From: a virus
Taxonomy: Duplodnaviria > Caudoviricetes
DNA: 64,000 nucleotides
IMG/VR virus record: IMGVR_UViG_3300037851_000141
Location: 128,001-192,000 of that record
Strand: one strand, 5' to 3'
How positions within the stretch are numbered: the stretch's first letter is position 1; every line of letters starts with the position of its first letter. Below the pieces are notes generated by a model. It had not been told where the DNA came from. It saw only the letters and a program-made list of their open reading frames with translations, and made no database searches. This document shows positions 31,230 through 41,700 of the stretch, one piece after another. The translations under genes and the position numbers were made by a program.

Positions 31230-31258
31230 GACAACTATTATATTATCTTTCTAAAAAA

Positions 31259-31266
31259 TATAAATA
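31259..31266 (+). promoter_or_regulatory. T4-type late promoter
   Basis: Exact TATAAATA 18 nt before ATG 31285. Confidence 0.55.
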
Positions 31267-31284
31267 CGATAGTGAGGGCCGCTT

Positions 31285-32478
31285 ATGACTGATACCTCCA
31301 ACACCGAACAATTCAAAAAAGATGTTGAAGCATATCCGAAAAAAAGACAAACCCTAAACCCAAATAAGACATGTAAATTCATAGACGACATATCTCAAAA
31401 ATTACAAAATAACGTTATTGGACAAGATGATCCAATAAAAGCAATAGTTGATGGCCTTTCAAGAGTTGTTTCAGGTGTAAAGAATCCAGAAAAACCTATA
31501 TTGACGATGTTATTATTAGGTTCAACTGGTGTAGGTAAAACAGAAACAGTTAAGGTAATGGCCGAAGCTTTTTTTGGAAGTCGTTCATCATTTACAAGAA
31601 TTAACTGCGAAGAACTATCAGAGAGCCATACAATTTCTAAATTACTCGGTTCTCCTCCAGGTTATATCGGTGGAGAAATACAACCATTGTTAGCTCAAAA
31701 CTTTATAGATGATCCTTGTCAAGAAGCTTGGGATGAAAAGAAAGGTATCTTCTCCGGTGATCTATCCATACCACTTAAGTTCATAAACCCAGCTAAAGAT
31801 GAACACCTATCAATTATACTTTTTGATGAAATTGAAAAAGCACATCAAAAAGTGTGGACATCATTACTCGCAATTTTAGATGATGGACACTTAACTTTAT
31901 CAAATACCAACGAAGTCAATCTTAGACACTCCATTATAATCATGACTACCAATGTTGGCTCTCGGGAACTGGATCAAACAATAAGTAAGGCATCGCTGGG
32001 GTTCCAAATAGAAGACGCTAAACAACAAAATACTGAAGTCAAGCATGAGGCAATTACAGCAGTTAAAGAATACTTCCCACCAGAATTTTGTAATCGGTTT
32101 GATAGTATAATCGCATTTAACCTATTGACAGAAAAAGATTTACGAAAAATTCTAACCTTACATCTTGATAAATTTCAACAACAAATAATACATACATCAA
32201 CACCAATTAAACTCTCATATAAGAAGAAATTTTTAGATTTAGTTATTAAAGAGGGTACAAGTGTTCAACATGGAGCCAGACACTTAAGTAGAGCCATACA
32301 GAACTTGGTTATTACCCCTATTTCTAAAATGATTGCCAGTGAACAACTTATTGGTGGGGATAACGTTATATTGACTGTAAATAGAAATAAACCTAAATTT
32401 ATAAGAGAAGAACGTACAGATAAACAAATAGAAAATTGGATTAAGAAAAAAGGCAAAAAGAAGCACATCAAATCTTAA
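31285..32478 (+). CDS. ClpA/ClpB-like AAA+ ATPase, single D2-type module
   Basis: GSTGVGKTE, SKLLGSPPGYIG, LFDEIEKAH, LDDGHLT, IMTTNVG, PPEFCNRFD, GARHL. Confidence 0.9.
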   Translation: MTDTSNTEQFKKDVEAYPKKRQTLNPNKTCKFIDDISQKLQNNVIGQDDPIKAIVDGLSRVVSGVKNPEKPILTMLLLGSTGVGKTETVKVMAEAFFGSRSSFTRINCEELSESHTISKLLGSPPGYIGGEIQPLLAQNFIDDPCQEAWDEKKGIFSGDLSIPLKFINPAKDEHLSIILFDEIEKAHQKVWTSLLAILDDGHLTLSNTNEVNLRHSIIIMTTNVGSRELDQTISKASLGFQIEDAKQQNTEVKHEAITAVKEYFPPEFCNRFDSIIAFNLLTEKDLRKILTLHLDKFQQQIIHTSTPIKLSYKKKFLDLVIKEGTSVQHGARHLSRAIQNLVITPISKMIASEQLIGGDNVILTVNRNKPKFIREERTDKQIENWIKKKGKKKHIKS

Positions 32479-32524
32479 TATAAACATCATAATTTCTTAA
32501 TCGTTGTATTGTATAAATCCTGGT

Positions 32525-33274
32525 ATGAAAATCAAAACACTATTCCTATCCGACATACATCTTGGTACCAAATTTTGCCAAGCAAGAAAACTACTACAAT
32601 TATTAAAATCATTAGAATCAGAAGATGGAAAACAATATAATGTAGAAAATTTATTCCTCATTGGTGATATTATTGACTTTGAGCATCTAAATAGAAAAAA
32701 TGAATGGGCGCATGAACATTGGCAGGTTATTCAGAAATTCCTAAGAATGAGTAGAAAAGGCGTTAATGTAGTTTATATTTCCGGTAATCATGATTTGGCT
32801 GTATCTTGGCTCAAAAATCAATCATATGGAAATATCATGTTCAAGGATTCTATGATTTATACAGTAAATAACGGTAGAAAATATCTCTTACTTCATGGAC
32901 ATCAGTTTGACACTGCTATACACTCAATGCCTTGGTTATATTGGTTGGGTGATACGTCTTATACCATAGCTCTTTATATAAATTCAATTTTTAGTTCATG
33001 TAGATCGTTGTTTGGATATAAAAGTGAATGGTCTTTATCACATTGGCTTAAATCAAAAGTGAAACAAGTTGTCAAATATGCCTCTGATTATGAAAAATTA
33101 GTTGTAAAATATTGCGAGAAATACGGTTGCGAAGGTATTATATTGGGTCACATCCATATAGCAGCCAATCATAATATTGAAAACATACATTACTTAAATT
33201 GTGGTGCTTGGGTTGAAATGTGTACTGCCGTGGTTGAATATCACGATGGTACTATGGAACTTATCACCTTATAA
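32525..33274 (+). CDS. Metallophosphoesterase (UDP-2,3-diacylglucosamine hydrolase-like)
   Basis: SDIHLG, GDIID, GNHD, HGHQFD, GHIH. Confidence 0.85.
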   Translation: MKIKTLFLSDIHLGTKFCQARKLLQLLKSLESEDGKQYNVENLFLIGDIIDFEHLNRKNEWAHEHWQVIQKFLRMSRKGVNVVYISGNHDLAVSWLKNQSYGNIMFKDSMIYTVNNGRKYLLLHGHQFDTAIHSMPWLYWLGDTSYTIALYINSIFSSCRSLFGYKSEWSLSHWLKSKVKQVVKYASDYEKLVVKYCEKYGCEGIILGHIHIAANHNIENIHYLNCGAWVEMCTAVVEYHDGTMELITL

Positions 33275-33333
33275 AGTCCTTGATTTCTTATTTTATCTTT
33301 ATATAATATGGTCCAGAATTAAAAGGACAATAT

Positions 33334-34677
33334 ATGTTAACGAGTTTATTTGCTGGCGGTGCTATTATAGGTACATTGGTTGGTTTTTGGTCAACTATTA
33401 AAATGTATCTGATGAAAATATATAGTTTGTTTGTCGTGACTATTCATTTCAAGAACCCATTAGCAATAGAATCCGCACTTTATTATTTGTTTGAGCATAT
33501 GAAGGTATCAAAAATAAAGACACATTCTGTTGTTGGTCTGTGTTTGTATAAGCGATCAATTAACGCATATCGTTCCTTTTTATTCGATATGCCACCAACA
33601 GGCTCTCAAATTTATTGGCGCGGGTGGAAACCAGTATTAGTGAATGTTGATGATAAAGCTTTTTCAATATCTTTCATACGAGGATTTTTTAATTACACTA
33701 AACTATTAAAAGATATAGAAGATTATTATAATAAAGTTTCATATACAAAAGAAAAGATGAACAGATTTCATATACAGCAATGCTTTGGTTCATTAAAACG
33801 TAAAGATTCTGAATCAGAATATCCATCACCTCTTTCGTATAATGGCAATTCCGCCGAGGCCACGGTTCCTGTTGAAACTTCAACGAATAATGGTATGGAG
33901 AAGACAATATTAAATATTATTTTAGGTGGAGCAGGGTCAAATATTTCTCCGCTATTCCATGATAAATCTGATGTTGGTCAACGTATCATAAAGAATCCTA
34001 TAGATATGATGGCATTAAATTCCGATTCAATGGCTATGGTTGAAGATATTAAGCATTGGTATAACAGTGAGTCTTGGTATAAAGATCGGTTTATTCCATG
34101 GAAGAGAGGGTTTTTACTTCATGGCAATCCTGGCAATGGTAAATCAAGTTTGACAAGATTGCTTGGTATGGAATTTAATATGCCCATTTTTGCTTTTGAT
34201 TTATCTACGTTTACTAATGGGCAATTTATTAACGAATGGAAATGTCGAACGTCTAATTGGTCCCCTTGTATTATGTTATTAGAAGATATAGATTCAGTAT
34301 TCAATGGAAGAAAAAATGTTACCGGCTATGAAAATGCTTTGACTTTTGACTGCTTGCTTAATTGTATTGATGGAGTTGGGTCAAATGATGGTGTAATAAC
34401 TATCATAACAACCAATAAAATTGACACTATTGACGAAGCTATAGGAAAACCAAATGGCGATGGATTAACAACTCGCCCTGGTAGAATAGATCGTCTTGTT
34501 GAAATGACTCCACCTAATGAAGAAGGTCGTAGAAAGATTGCTAAAAGAATATTAAGAGATTATCCTGACCAGATTGAATCCGTTGTACATGTAAGTCATA
34601 ACGATAGTGGCGCTCAATTCCAAGAACGTTGTACTCGTCTGGCACTTGAGTTATATTGGAAAGACAAAAAGGATTGA
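33334..34677 (+). CDS. BCS1-like AAA ATPase with N-terminal hydrophobic segment
   Basis: WKRGFLLHGNPGNGKSS, LLEDID, LLNCIDG, ITTN, RPGRID. Confidence 0.85.
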   Translation: MLTSLFAGGAIIGTLVGFWSTIKMYLMKIYSLFVVTIHFKNPLAIESALYYLFEHMKVSKIKTHSVVGLCLYKRSINAYRSFLFDMPPTGSQIYWRGWKPVLVNVDDKAFSISFIRGFFNYTKLLKDIEDYYNKVSYTKEKMNRFHIQQCFGSLKRKDSESEYPSPLSYNGNSAEATVPVETSTNNGMEKTILNIILGGAGSNISPLFHDKSDVGQRIIKNPIDMMALNSDSMAMVEDIKHWYNSESWYKDRFIPWKRGFLLHGNPGNGKSSLTRLLGMEFNMPIFAFDLSTFTNGQFINEWKCRTSNWSPCIMLLEDIDSVFNGRKNVTGYENALTFDCLLNCIDGVGSNDGVITIITTNKIDTIDEAIGKPNGDGLTTRPGRIDRLVEMTPPNEEGRRKIAKRILRDYPDQIESVVHVSHNDSGAQFQERCTRLALELYWKDKKD

Positions 34678-34719
34678 CTTTCAAGTTTCTTCAAGTAAAA
34701 TACAACCAAGGAGACGAAC

Positions 34720-35259
34720 ATGGGCAGATACGGTGATTTAGATCAAACTGTGGCTGGTTCTGTCATGGTTGTAAAAATGCCAGATGGATCTACAGAATTG
34801 GTCGAACAAGTAGAAAACAATGGTAAAAAAGAGTGGATTTTCGTTAAAGATCGCATTCGTAAACAAAAAGAAAATGAAGATTTTGATGCCAGATTCGCTA
34901 AAACTGAAACTAAACCAGACGATGAAAATAAAGTCAAAACTGAACCTATTACTCGTAAGAAAATAGGAAAACTTCATGAATTTGACCCACAACCTAATCC
35001 GGCAGAGCATATAAATTCTGACCTCGGTGACACAACTAAACAATTAACGAAAACACAAAAACACCTATATGCTCACTTGATTGAAGTTCTTGGCGGACAT
35101 CCTGCTTCAATCTTACAAAATGGATTAAGTCAAAAAATATTGGATAGTCTAAAGAAGAATCCAGTGATTGTATCGACTGTTTTAGAAATCATAAAGGCTA
35201 TTGATCATCCAGCATGGAACTCGGTTGGAGATTTGTTGAAAGAGTTTAGAAATGCCTGA
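34720..35259 (+). CDS. Hypothetical protein
   Basis: RBS AGGAG; long ORF. Confidence 0.7.
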   Translation: MGRYGDLDQTVAGSVMVVKMPDGSTELVEQVENNGKKEWIFVKDRIRKQKENEDFDARFAKTETKPDDENKVKTEPITRKKIGKLHEFDPQPNPAEHINSDLGDTTKQLTKTQKHLYAHLIEVLGGHPASILQNGLSQKILDSLKKNPVIVSTVLEIIKAIDHPAWNSVGDLLKEFRNA

Positions 35260-35593
35260 CTTTATCTGTCCACTATGCCAAAATACCCTTCAACATTATA
35301 AAATAAATAAGAATCTTGATCATTATGCCGATAGTAATTTTGGCGTAAATATATCATATGAAATGGTTTCTTGTTCAAGTTGTTTGTATAATGTTGAACT
35401 TAATGAAAATTGGACTGGAAAATATTTAATAATCGCTAAAGATGAACTTAAGTTACTTAAAGATAATGGTTGGACTTTGGTTGGCTTATATCCTCTGAAA
35501 ATAAGAAAAGAAATGCTTAATGTTGTTGGTGATTATGAAGTTTTAAGTGAAGTGACTAAAATAAAACAAATTCTGTACAGTAAAAAGACTTGA
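35252..35593 (+). CDS. Hypothetical protein with Zn-ribbon Cys pairs
   Basis: CPLC..CSSC. Confidence 0.6.
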   Translation: MPDFICPLCQNTLQHYKINKNLDHYADSNFGVNISYEMVSCSSCLYNVELNENWTGKYLIIAKDELKLLKDNGWTLVGLYPLKIRKEMLNVVGDYEVLSEVTKIKQILYSKKT

Positions 35594-35638
35594 CAATCAT
35601 TTTTTATTTTGTATAATCATCAGCAGATATGAAGAACT

Positions 35639-36670
35639 ATGTATATCAGTCTGAATCCTTGTCATTCTCAAGAGTTGATTGATGATGTTCTGGCAGTTAT
35701 TGGTGTAGAAGATTTATATGAATTCTATGCTAAATGGTCAGAATCACATAGGTATTTCCATAACTTAGATCATTTATATAGTATTGTAATGGCTGTACAT
35801 GATAAATATAAAAATGATGAACATACGTATGTAGTTTATATGTTGGCCGCGATGTTCCACGATATTGTATATGAACCAAATAGAACAGATAACGAAGTAA
35901 AGAGTGTAGAAGTATTTAATCATTATGTCAATCCATTAGACTTATCCAAGAAAACAATAGATGAAGTCTGTTCTTTGATCTTGGCAACTGCGGATATGAA
36001 TGATGATAACGATTTCAACCAGATGGATCGAAAAATCTTAACAGAAACCTCCATCAGCAAACTCATTGATTACGAACACAAAATCGCTAAAGAATATCAG
36101 TATTTAGATTATCCAACTTATAAGAAAAATCGTATTGAATTCTTAACAAAATGTCTGACTAAGTATCCTAATTTGGCTCCATTAATCGATTATGTACAGA
36201 ATAGAAAAATCTCTGTGGGGTGTTATTTCGGAACCTTCAATCCATTTCACGTAGGGCATTATAATATCTTAGAAAAAGCCAATAAGTTATTTGATAAAGT
36301 TGTTGTTGTTTTAGGGATGAATCCAGATAAATCATATGATCATACTATGAATACTCGGCTAACAACGCTCAAGAATACACTAAAATATTACGAAGTTGAT
36401 GATATGGGCGCTGGAACGCAAGTACATTATATGAATAACATGATTGCGTCTGGTATGTATTCATTGGTGACTGCGATAAAAGGACTAAGAAATGAACGGG
36501 ATTTGGTTGATGGCTTTGAATCAGAATATTGGTCAAAGAAACTCGGTAATTATAATGTTGTTTATCTATCATGTGATGAACAATATAAAAATGTTTCTTC
36601 AAGAGGAATCAATATGTTAAACCGATATGATGCTCGTAAGGCTGAACAGTTAATTTTTAAACCAAAATGA
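35639..36670 (+). CDS. HD-domain phosphohydrolase fused to a CoaD-like cytidylyltransferase-family domain
   Basis: RYFHNLDH..AMFHDIVY; GTFNPFHVGH..VSSRGI. Confidence 0.8.
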   Translation: MYISLNPCHSQELIDDVLAVIGVEDLYEFYAKWSESHRYFHNLDHLYSIVMAVHDKYKNDEHTYVVYMLAAMFHDIVYEPNRTDNEVKSVEVFNHYVNPLDLSKKTIDEVCSLILATADMNDDNDFNQMDRKILTETSISKLIDYEHKIAKEYQYLDYPTYKKNRIEFLTKCLTKYPNLAPLIDYVQNRKISVGCYFGTFNPFHVGHYNILEKANKLFDKVVVVLGMNPDKSYDHTMNTRLTTLKNTLKYYEVDDMGAGTQVHYMNNMIASGMYSLVTAIKGLRNERDLVDGFESEYWSKKLGNYNVVYLSCDEQYKNVSSRGINMLNRYDARKAEQLIFKPK

Positions 36671-36978
36671 ATTTAGTTGTCCACTGTAAGAAATCAGAAT
36701 ATGCGGTTTACATTGGTCGTCCGTCTATTTGGGGCAATCCGTTTGAAATTGGTAAAGACGGAACCAGAAAACAAGTAATAGAAAAATATGAAGAATATTT
36801 ATTAAACAATCCAAATCTTTTAATTAAACTTCCAGAATTGAAAAATAAGATTCTTGGTTGTTGGTGTTCGCCACTTGCTTGCCATGGTGATATTCTGGTA
36901 AAATACGCAAATCAAGATAAATTAGATGAATGGATAAAAGAAAGACTTGAAATAATTAAAATGTTTGATATAATGTAA
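36667..36978 (+). CDS. DUF4326-like protein
   Basis: VYIGRPSIWGNPF; LGCWCSPLACHGDIL. Confidence 0.85.
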   Translation: MNLVVHCKKSEYAVYIGRPSIWGNPFEIGKDGTRKQVIEKYEEYLLNNPNLLIKLPELKNKILGCWCSPLACHGDILVKYANQDKLDEWIKERLEIIKMFDIM

Positions 36979-37014
36979 TCATCTGGCCCGTAAGCCGGTA
37001 AAGGAGTTGTTCCT

Positions 37015-37458
37015 ATGTTGTCTTATAATCCATTACACAATTGTGTTCATTTAGCAATAGATAATGCCTTAAACAATTATGAACAACTTAAAACAAAGCT
37101 TAACTTTATAAATTCTCGTAAAGCTTTTGTACAAGAATTCCTTACTTATCATATTCGGTTTCCTCGTCAATCTGGACACACTTCTTCTATTAAAGAATGT
37201 GTCAATTATTATGAGGAAATTTGCCCATCTGCCATTTTTCTTCCTACTATTCATTTTATTCGTGGTTTTCAGAGAGATGTTCCAAAAGATTGCTTAGTTC
37301 TTTGTGCTAAGTCGATATATGATGATAATTTACATGGTATTCGCATTAACAGTATGTTTGTTGATTGCACCAGCTTGATATCAAATGCTCAAAAAGATAA
37401 GATAATTGAGCATGCTTGTAATCAGCCTGACTTAAAATTTCTTATGTTTTTAGAATAA
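37015..37458 (+). CDS. Hypothetical protein
   Basis: RBS AAGGAG; degenerate P-loop-like PRQSGHT. Confidence 0.65.
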   Translation: MLSYNPLHNCVHLAIDNALNNYEQLKTKLNFINSRKAFVQEFLTYHIRFPRQSGHTSSIKECVNYYEEICPSAIFLPTIHFIRGFQRDVPKDCLVLCAKSIYDDNLHGIRINSMFVDCTSLISNAQKDKIIEHACNQPDLKFLMFLE

Positions 37459-37496
37459 TCTTCTTGATTTGTCTTATAGTTTAGGTATAATATCGC

Positions 37497-38333
37497 ATGC
37501 CATCCAACGAAGCTACACTTAAATTGATTGCTGGCATTCGTGCTAAACACGTTGAACCACAATCATCTTCTACAGCTTGTCCAATGAAAGTAGAAAAACG
37601 AATAGAAGAGTTTGAATTAGAAAAGATATTTAATCAAATTCAGAAAGAAAGTCCTGTTGTAATTGATGATCATTGTCATGCTGTTCTAAATGATAGTTGT
37701 TGTCCTAAACCGCCGAATATGAAATCTGGAGACGATCTTTATATGCCAGTATGTAAAGAAAGTGCTGGTGTAATTTATCCTCCACCATATCAACCTGTGG
37801 ATGTGACCGTTGATCATAATCCACGAACAAGAGAATTCTATATAACTGATCTTAAAACTGGTCAAAAAACAACTATTACGGAATCTGAGTTTAGATTATT
37901 GCCAAAATATCGAAATATTGTTAATGTTGATGTTGGTAGTATGTTGTCAAAAGCAGCAAACGAATATGTTTCTGATCATATAGCAAGACTTAAAAAAGCA
38001 GCCCAAGAATATAAAGATTCGGTTGAAGATATTAAACCAATACAACCAAACGAAGACGGAACGTTTAATATAGGGCAATCTGTAAACATTGGTTCACTTA
38101 TTTGTTATCTCACCGGCTTTCACGTAGGTAATTGTGAACATAAAGAAGTATACGGAATAACAGAACTATATCAAAGAATAAATAAAAAGTTGACACCAGA
38201 CTATATTTTAAGAACTGTTTATGGTGATATTTCTAAACTAAAAATAGACATTGAAAACTTTGATAATGATGATATGTGGATAAAAATAAAAGAAAAGTTT
38301 GGTGAAAAAATAAAACTAAGGAATGTAGAATGA
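37497..38333 (+). CDS. Hypothetical protein
   Basis: Long ORF, no family recognised. Confidence 0.65.
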   Translation: MPSNEATLKLIAGIRAKHVEPQSSSTACPMKVEKRIEEFELEKIFNQIQKESPVVIDDHCHAVLNDSCCPKPPNMKSGDDLYMPVCKESAGVIYPPPYQPVDVTVDHNPRTREFYITDLKTGQKTTITESEFRLLPKYRNIVNVDVGSMLSKAANEYVSDHIARLKKAAQEYKDSVEDIKPIQPNEDGTFNIGQSVNIGSLICYLTGFHVGNCEHKEVYGITELYQRINKKLTPDYILRTVYGDISKLKIDIENFDNDDMWIKIKEKFGEKIKLRNVE

Positions 38334-39205
38334 ATCAAAATTATGTTTTATACGATTTTGACAACAATTTACAAAAAGTTCTTGATTCTGGTATGCCACT
38401 TAAAGATCGTACTGGCACCGGATGTAAATTTCTCCCAGGTATATTAAGCACAGTTGATATTTCACAAAGGATTCCTGTTCCAACTCGTAGAGCAACGGTT
38501 TGGAAGTCAATGCTTAAGGAATATTTATGGTTTATATCTGGTTCCCATAATATAAATGACCTTAATAAAATGGGATCTAAAGTTTGGGATTTTTGGAGAG
38601 ACGATAAATGGACAGAACAGAATGGGTTTGATGAAGGTTCTATTGGATATGGTTATGGATTCAATTTATGTCATTTTGGATCTGATATACATAATAAAGA
38701 AACTCCAGGGTTCAACCAACTGGATTATGTAATAAATGAACTTAAAAATAATAGAAACTCAAGGCGCATTCTTTTTATATTCTATAGACCAGATAAATCA
38801 GATTCTAAGTCAGTAAAATTGCCCCCTTGTCACGTTGTTTATCAATTTATTCCTGAACCAGACGCTACCGGGGAACTAAATCGTTTATCTTGTTGTGTGT
38901 TCCAGCGGTCATCAGATGCGTTTGTTGGAAACTTAAGTACAAATCTTCAAGGCGCAACCTTTTTAACTTATATGTTGTGTCAGCAAGTTAATATGATTCC
39001 AAGTAAACTTTATCATTTTTCTGCGCATTTTCACATTTATGATAACCATTTTGACTTTGTTAAGGAATATCTTGCTCGACCAGCCCCAAATTCTCCGATT
39101 CTTAAGTTAAATAAACGAGATTCTATTTACGATTATGTTGCCGATGATTTTGTGCTTGACGATTACAATCCTTTAGATAAAATGCGTTTGCCAATAGCAG
39201 TCTGA
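38330..39205 (+). CDS. thyA: Thymidylate synthase (ThyA-type)
   Basis: KDRTGTG, SRRIL, LPPCH, QRSSD..N, HIYDNH. Confidence 0.92.
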   Translation: MNQNYVLYDFDNNLQKVLDSGMPLKDRTGTGCKFLPGILSTVDISQRIPVPTRRATVWKSMLKEYLWFISGSHNINDLNKMGSKVWDFWRDDKWTEQNGFDEGSIGYGYGFNLCHFGSDIHNKETPGFNQLDYVINELKNNRNSRRILFIFYRPDKSDSKSVKLPPCHVVYQFIPEPDATGELNRLSCCVFQRSSDAFVGNLSTNLQGATFLTYMLCQQVNMIPSKLYHFSAHFHIYDNHFDFVKEYLARPAPNSPILKLNKRDSIYDYVADDFVLDDYNPLDKMRLPIAV

Positions 39206-39214
39206 AGGGATTGT

Positions 39215-39853
39215 ATGTTCCATCGACATAAGCATGAACACTTTTTCACTTGTACCTTGGATGATATAGGTTGTCCAGAATTTCGTGTAAAAACTGAACA
39301 TGGTCCAAAATCATCTTCGTTTTATTATACAAGAGATGGTTACGGTGATAAAATTAGACCTTATCCAAAACACGTTCAAGTTGTTGTAAAGCGATGTTCG
39401 TGTGGTGATATTACATTACGTTGTTCAGATGGTTCTACAGATTTTTTAATAGACCATGATTATGCTGTTGCCAAAGTGTTACAATTAAAGAAAATAGCAG
39501 ATCAAAAAGAAGAAGAACGATTGTTGAATATTTGTAATCCTGACTATCTTAAAGTTAAAATGTTGGAAGAAGAACTAAAAAACAAAGATAAAATAATAAA
39601 TGAAAAATTGAATAAGATTGATGCTCTGGAAGAAAAAATAAAAGCAATCATCCAAGATAATCAAGCCAAATCAAAGATATTAACAGAAGTTCAAGAGCAT
39701 ATTCAAGCAGTAAAGAAAATCAAGATTAAAGATGAAAAAGTAAAAGAAATACTTAAAGACATTTTTTACGAAATTGATATGCTAAAAGCCACGAAAAATG
39801 AATCTCCAATTATCAAACCATCTTATGAAATGATTGATAAAATACTTGCTTGA
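39215..39853 (+). CDS. Hypothetical protein with C-terminal coiled coil
   Basis: Long ORF with RBS. Confidence 0.65.
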   Translation: MFHRHKHEHFFTCTLDDIGCPEFRVKTEHGPKSSSFYYTRDGYGDKIRPYPKHVQVVVKRCSCGDITLRCSDGSTDFLIDHDYAVAKVLQLKKIADQKEEERLLNICNPDYLKVKMLEEELKNKDKIINEKLNKIDALEEKIKAIIQDNQAKSKILTEVQEHIQAVKKIKIKDEKVKEILKDIFYEIDMLKATKNESPIIKPSYEMIDKILA

Positions 39854-39901
39854 TTTCTGTTTTTTCTACGATATAATAATACAACAACAAAGGAGCCGTA
39901 T

Positions 39902-40126
39902 ATGTCTCAACGTCAAATCAAAAACCTTCGTAAATCATTACCATACAAAGGTCAACCAAAATATGTTCCAGGTCCAGTAATAAACGAAGAAACTAAAATT
40001 CAAGAAACTGTTTCTTTACAAGTTGGTCCAAATACTATTACCTATCCTAAAGTTTCTCCGATATTTAATGAAAAATTTAATCAAGAAGCATTCAAATTCT
40101 ATAAACAAGCAAAGAAAGATCGCTGA
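39902..40126 (+). CDS. Hypothetical protein
   Basis: RBS AAGGAG after a sigma70-like promoter. Confidence 0.6.
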   Translation: MSQRQIKNLRKSLPYKGQPKYVPGPVINEETKIQETVSLQVGPNTITYPKVSPIFNEKFNQEAFKFYKQAKKDR

Positions 40127-40129
40127 ACA

Positions 40130-40327
40130 ATGCCACTTGAAGAATATTTTTGTTTTGTTTGTGATAAAAATGGGTTATGGTATAAAATTCCCGTCAGAGT
40201 AAAAAATACATTTGATGAGTTTAGTGAAAACAATAACCCACTCATTAAAGAGTTTAGTAAATATCGGTCAATGCACCCGTGTAATTATATGTTTAATGAT
40301 ATATTCGTCCTAAAGGAATCAAAATGA
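40130..40327 (+). CDS. Hypothetical protein
   Basis: Coupled ORF. Confidence 0.5.
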   Translation: MPLEEYFCFVCDKNGLWYKIPVRVKNTFDEFSENNNPLIKEFSKYRSMHPCNYMFNDIFVLKESK

Positions 40328-41220
40328 AAAATATCCCCGTACTCCATGTATCAGGAAACTCATTAGCTGAAGCATATGAGAAATCACTTCTGGAACTCTA
40401 TCATAATGGCTGTCGGTTTAAGACCCAATATGATAAACCCGGTGATCCTGAATCTGTTGATGCTACTATGAATATTACGATAAATGATCCTGAAGCAGAT
40501 CCGATGATTCATAAAGCATTCCCTGGTGGATTCTCTGATCTTAGGGAATATGTTTATGAATTGATGGGTGTTAAAGATCATTGGGTAAAATTTCATGATG
40601 ATTTGAATGACACTCGTTGGGAATATACATATAGTGGTCGTATTCGTCATTGGGGTCGATTGAAGTATCGTGGTGTTGATAATTCTGTTAATTGGCTTGG
40701 TGAAAATATTGATCAAACCAAGATTGTTATTGATAAACTAAGCAAGCAGCCATTTACTCGTCAAGCACAGATGATTACTTGGGATCCTCGTTTTGACACT
40801 AATTGTTATGACCCAGCATGTTTACAATCTTTATGGTATCGTATTCTTGAAGATGATGGTGTATATTATCTCAACTGTAATGTTCGCTTCCGCAGCAATG
40901 ACGCTTGGGGTGCGAATTTTATGAATAGTTTTGGTTTTATTCAGTTCAATAAAGAGGTTATAGCTAAAGGTGTTGCTGAAAAAACTGGTAAAGTTGTTAA
41001 GCTTGGTCGTATGAATTGGCAGGCTGATTCATTCCACATTTACGGTAAAGATATTGCTGACTTTGAACGTCGTCTACTTGAAAGAGTTAAAACTACCTCT
41101 TTTGATGAACGTGTATATAACTTCCAAGATGAAGAAATACAAATGATGTACCATGAATGTGAGAACGAATTGCTTGCTAAGTTTAAGTCCGTAGAAGAAA
41201 CATTCAAGGAATCAAAATGA
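40324..41220 (+). CDS. Second, divergent thymidylate synthase/nucleotide hydroxymethylase-family protein
   Basis: YTYSGR, TRQAQMITW, DPACLQ catalytic Cys, FRSNDAWGANFMN, SFHIY. Confidence 0.85.
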   Translation: MKNIPVLHVSGNSLAEAYEKSLLELYHNGCRFKTQYDKPGDPESVDATMNITINDPEADPMIHKAFPGGFSDLREYVYELMGVKDHWVKFHDDLNDTRWEYTYSGRIRHWGRLKYRGVDNSVNWLGENIDQTKIVIDKLSKQPFTRQAQMITWDPRFDTNCYDPACLQSLWYRILEDDGVYYLNCNVRFRSNDAWGANFMNSFGFIQFNKEVIAKGVAEKTGKVVKLGRMNWQADSFHIYGKDIADFERRLLERVKTTSFDERVYNFQDEEIQMMYHECENELLAKFKSVEETFKESK

Positions 41221-41465
41221 AAATCATAGAAACTATAAAAAGTCCAGACGATTGTAGCTATCCTTATTTTACTATAATTGAACGTACATATCAAGATGGT
41301 GCGGTTGATTATATGTATGAAGAATATTCCAGAGATGGTGTTGTTTCTAAAAGCGTAAATCCTTTTGGCAGTTATGATGCTGTTTTATCTTATGTCAAAA
41401 CTCTTATTAAGCCAAAACCAAATATCACAAACGCTAAAATAATATCCTACGTGATGAGTGACTAA
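41217..41465 (+). CDS. Hypothetical protein
   Basis: ATGA-coupled ORF. Confidence 0.55.
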   Translation: MKIIETIKSPDDCSYPYFTIIERTYQDGAVDYMYEEYSRDGVVSKSVNPFGSYDAVLSYVKTLIKPKPNITNAKIISYVMSD

Positions 41466-41688
41466 AATGGACCTAATAAGCAAATATCTTCCAATAGCCC
41501 TGGACATCGTACTTTGGTGTTCAGGGTTATATTTTCTACTATCTATTGGTGGATTTATCTCTGGCATTATAATAACTCTCATGATAATATACAGCATTAT
41601 AAATCTAAAGATAATAACCCACTACTTTAGGCATGTTTGGTTGATTGGTAGACATGTAATTCGAGAAATAAAAAAGTTTAGATTTTGA
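41458..41688 (+). CDS. Small membrane protein
   Basis: Two hydrophobic segments. Confidence 0.5.
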   Translation: MTKMDLISKYLPIALDIVLWCSGLYFLLSIGGFISGIIITLMIIYSIINLKIITHYFRHVWLIGRHVIREIKKFRF

Positions 41689-41700
41689 TATAATATTCGG

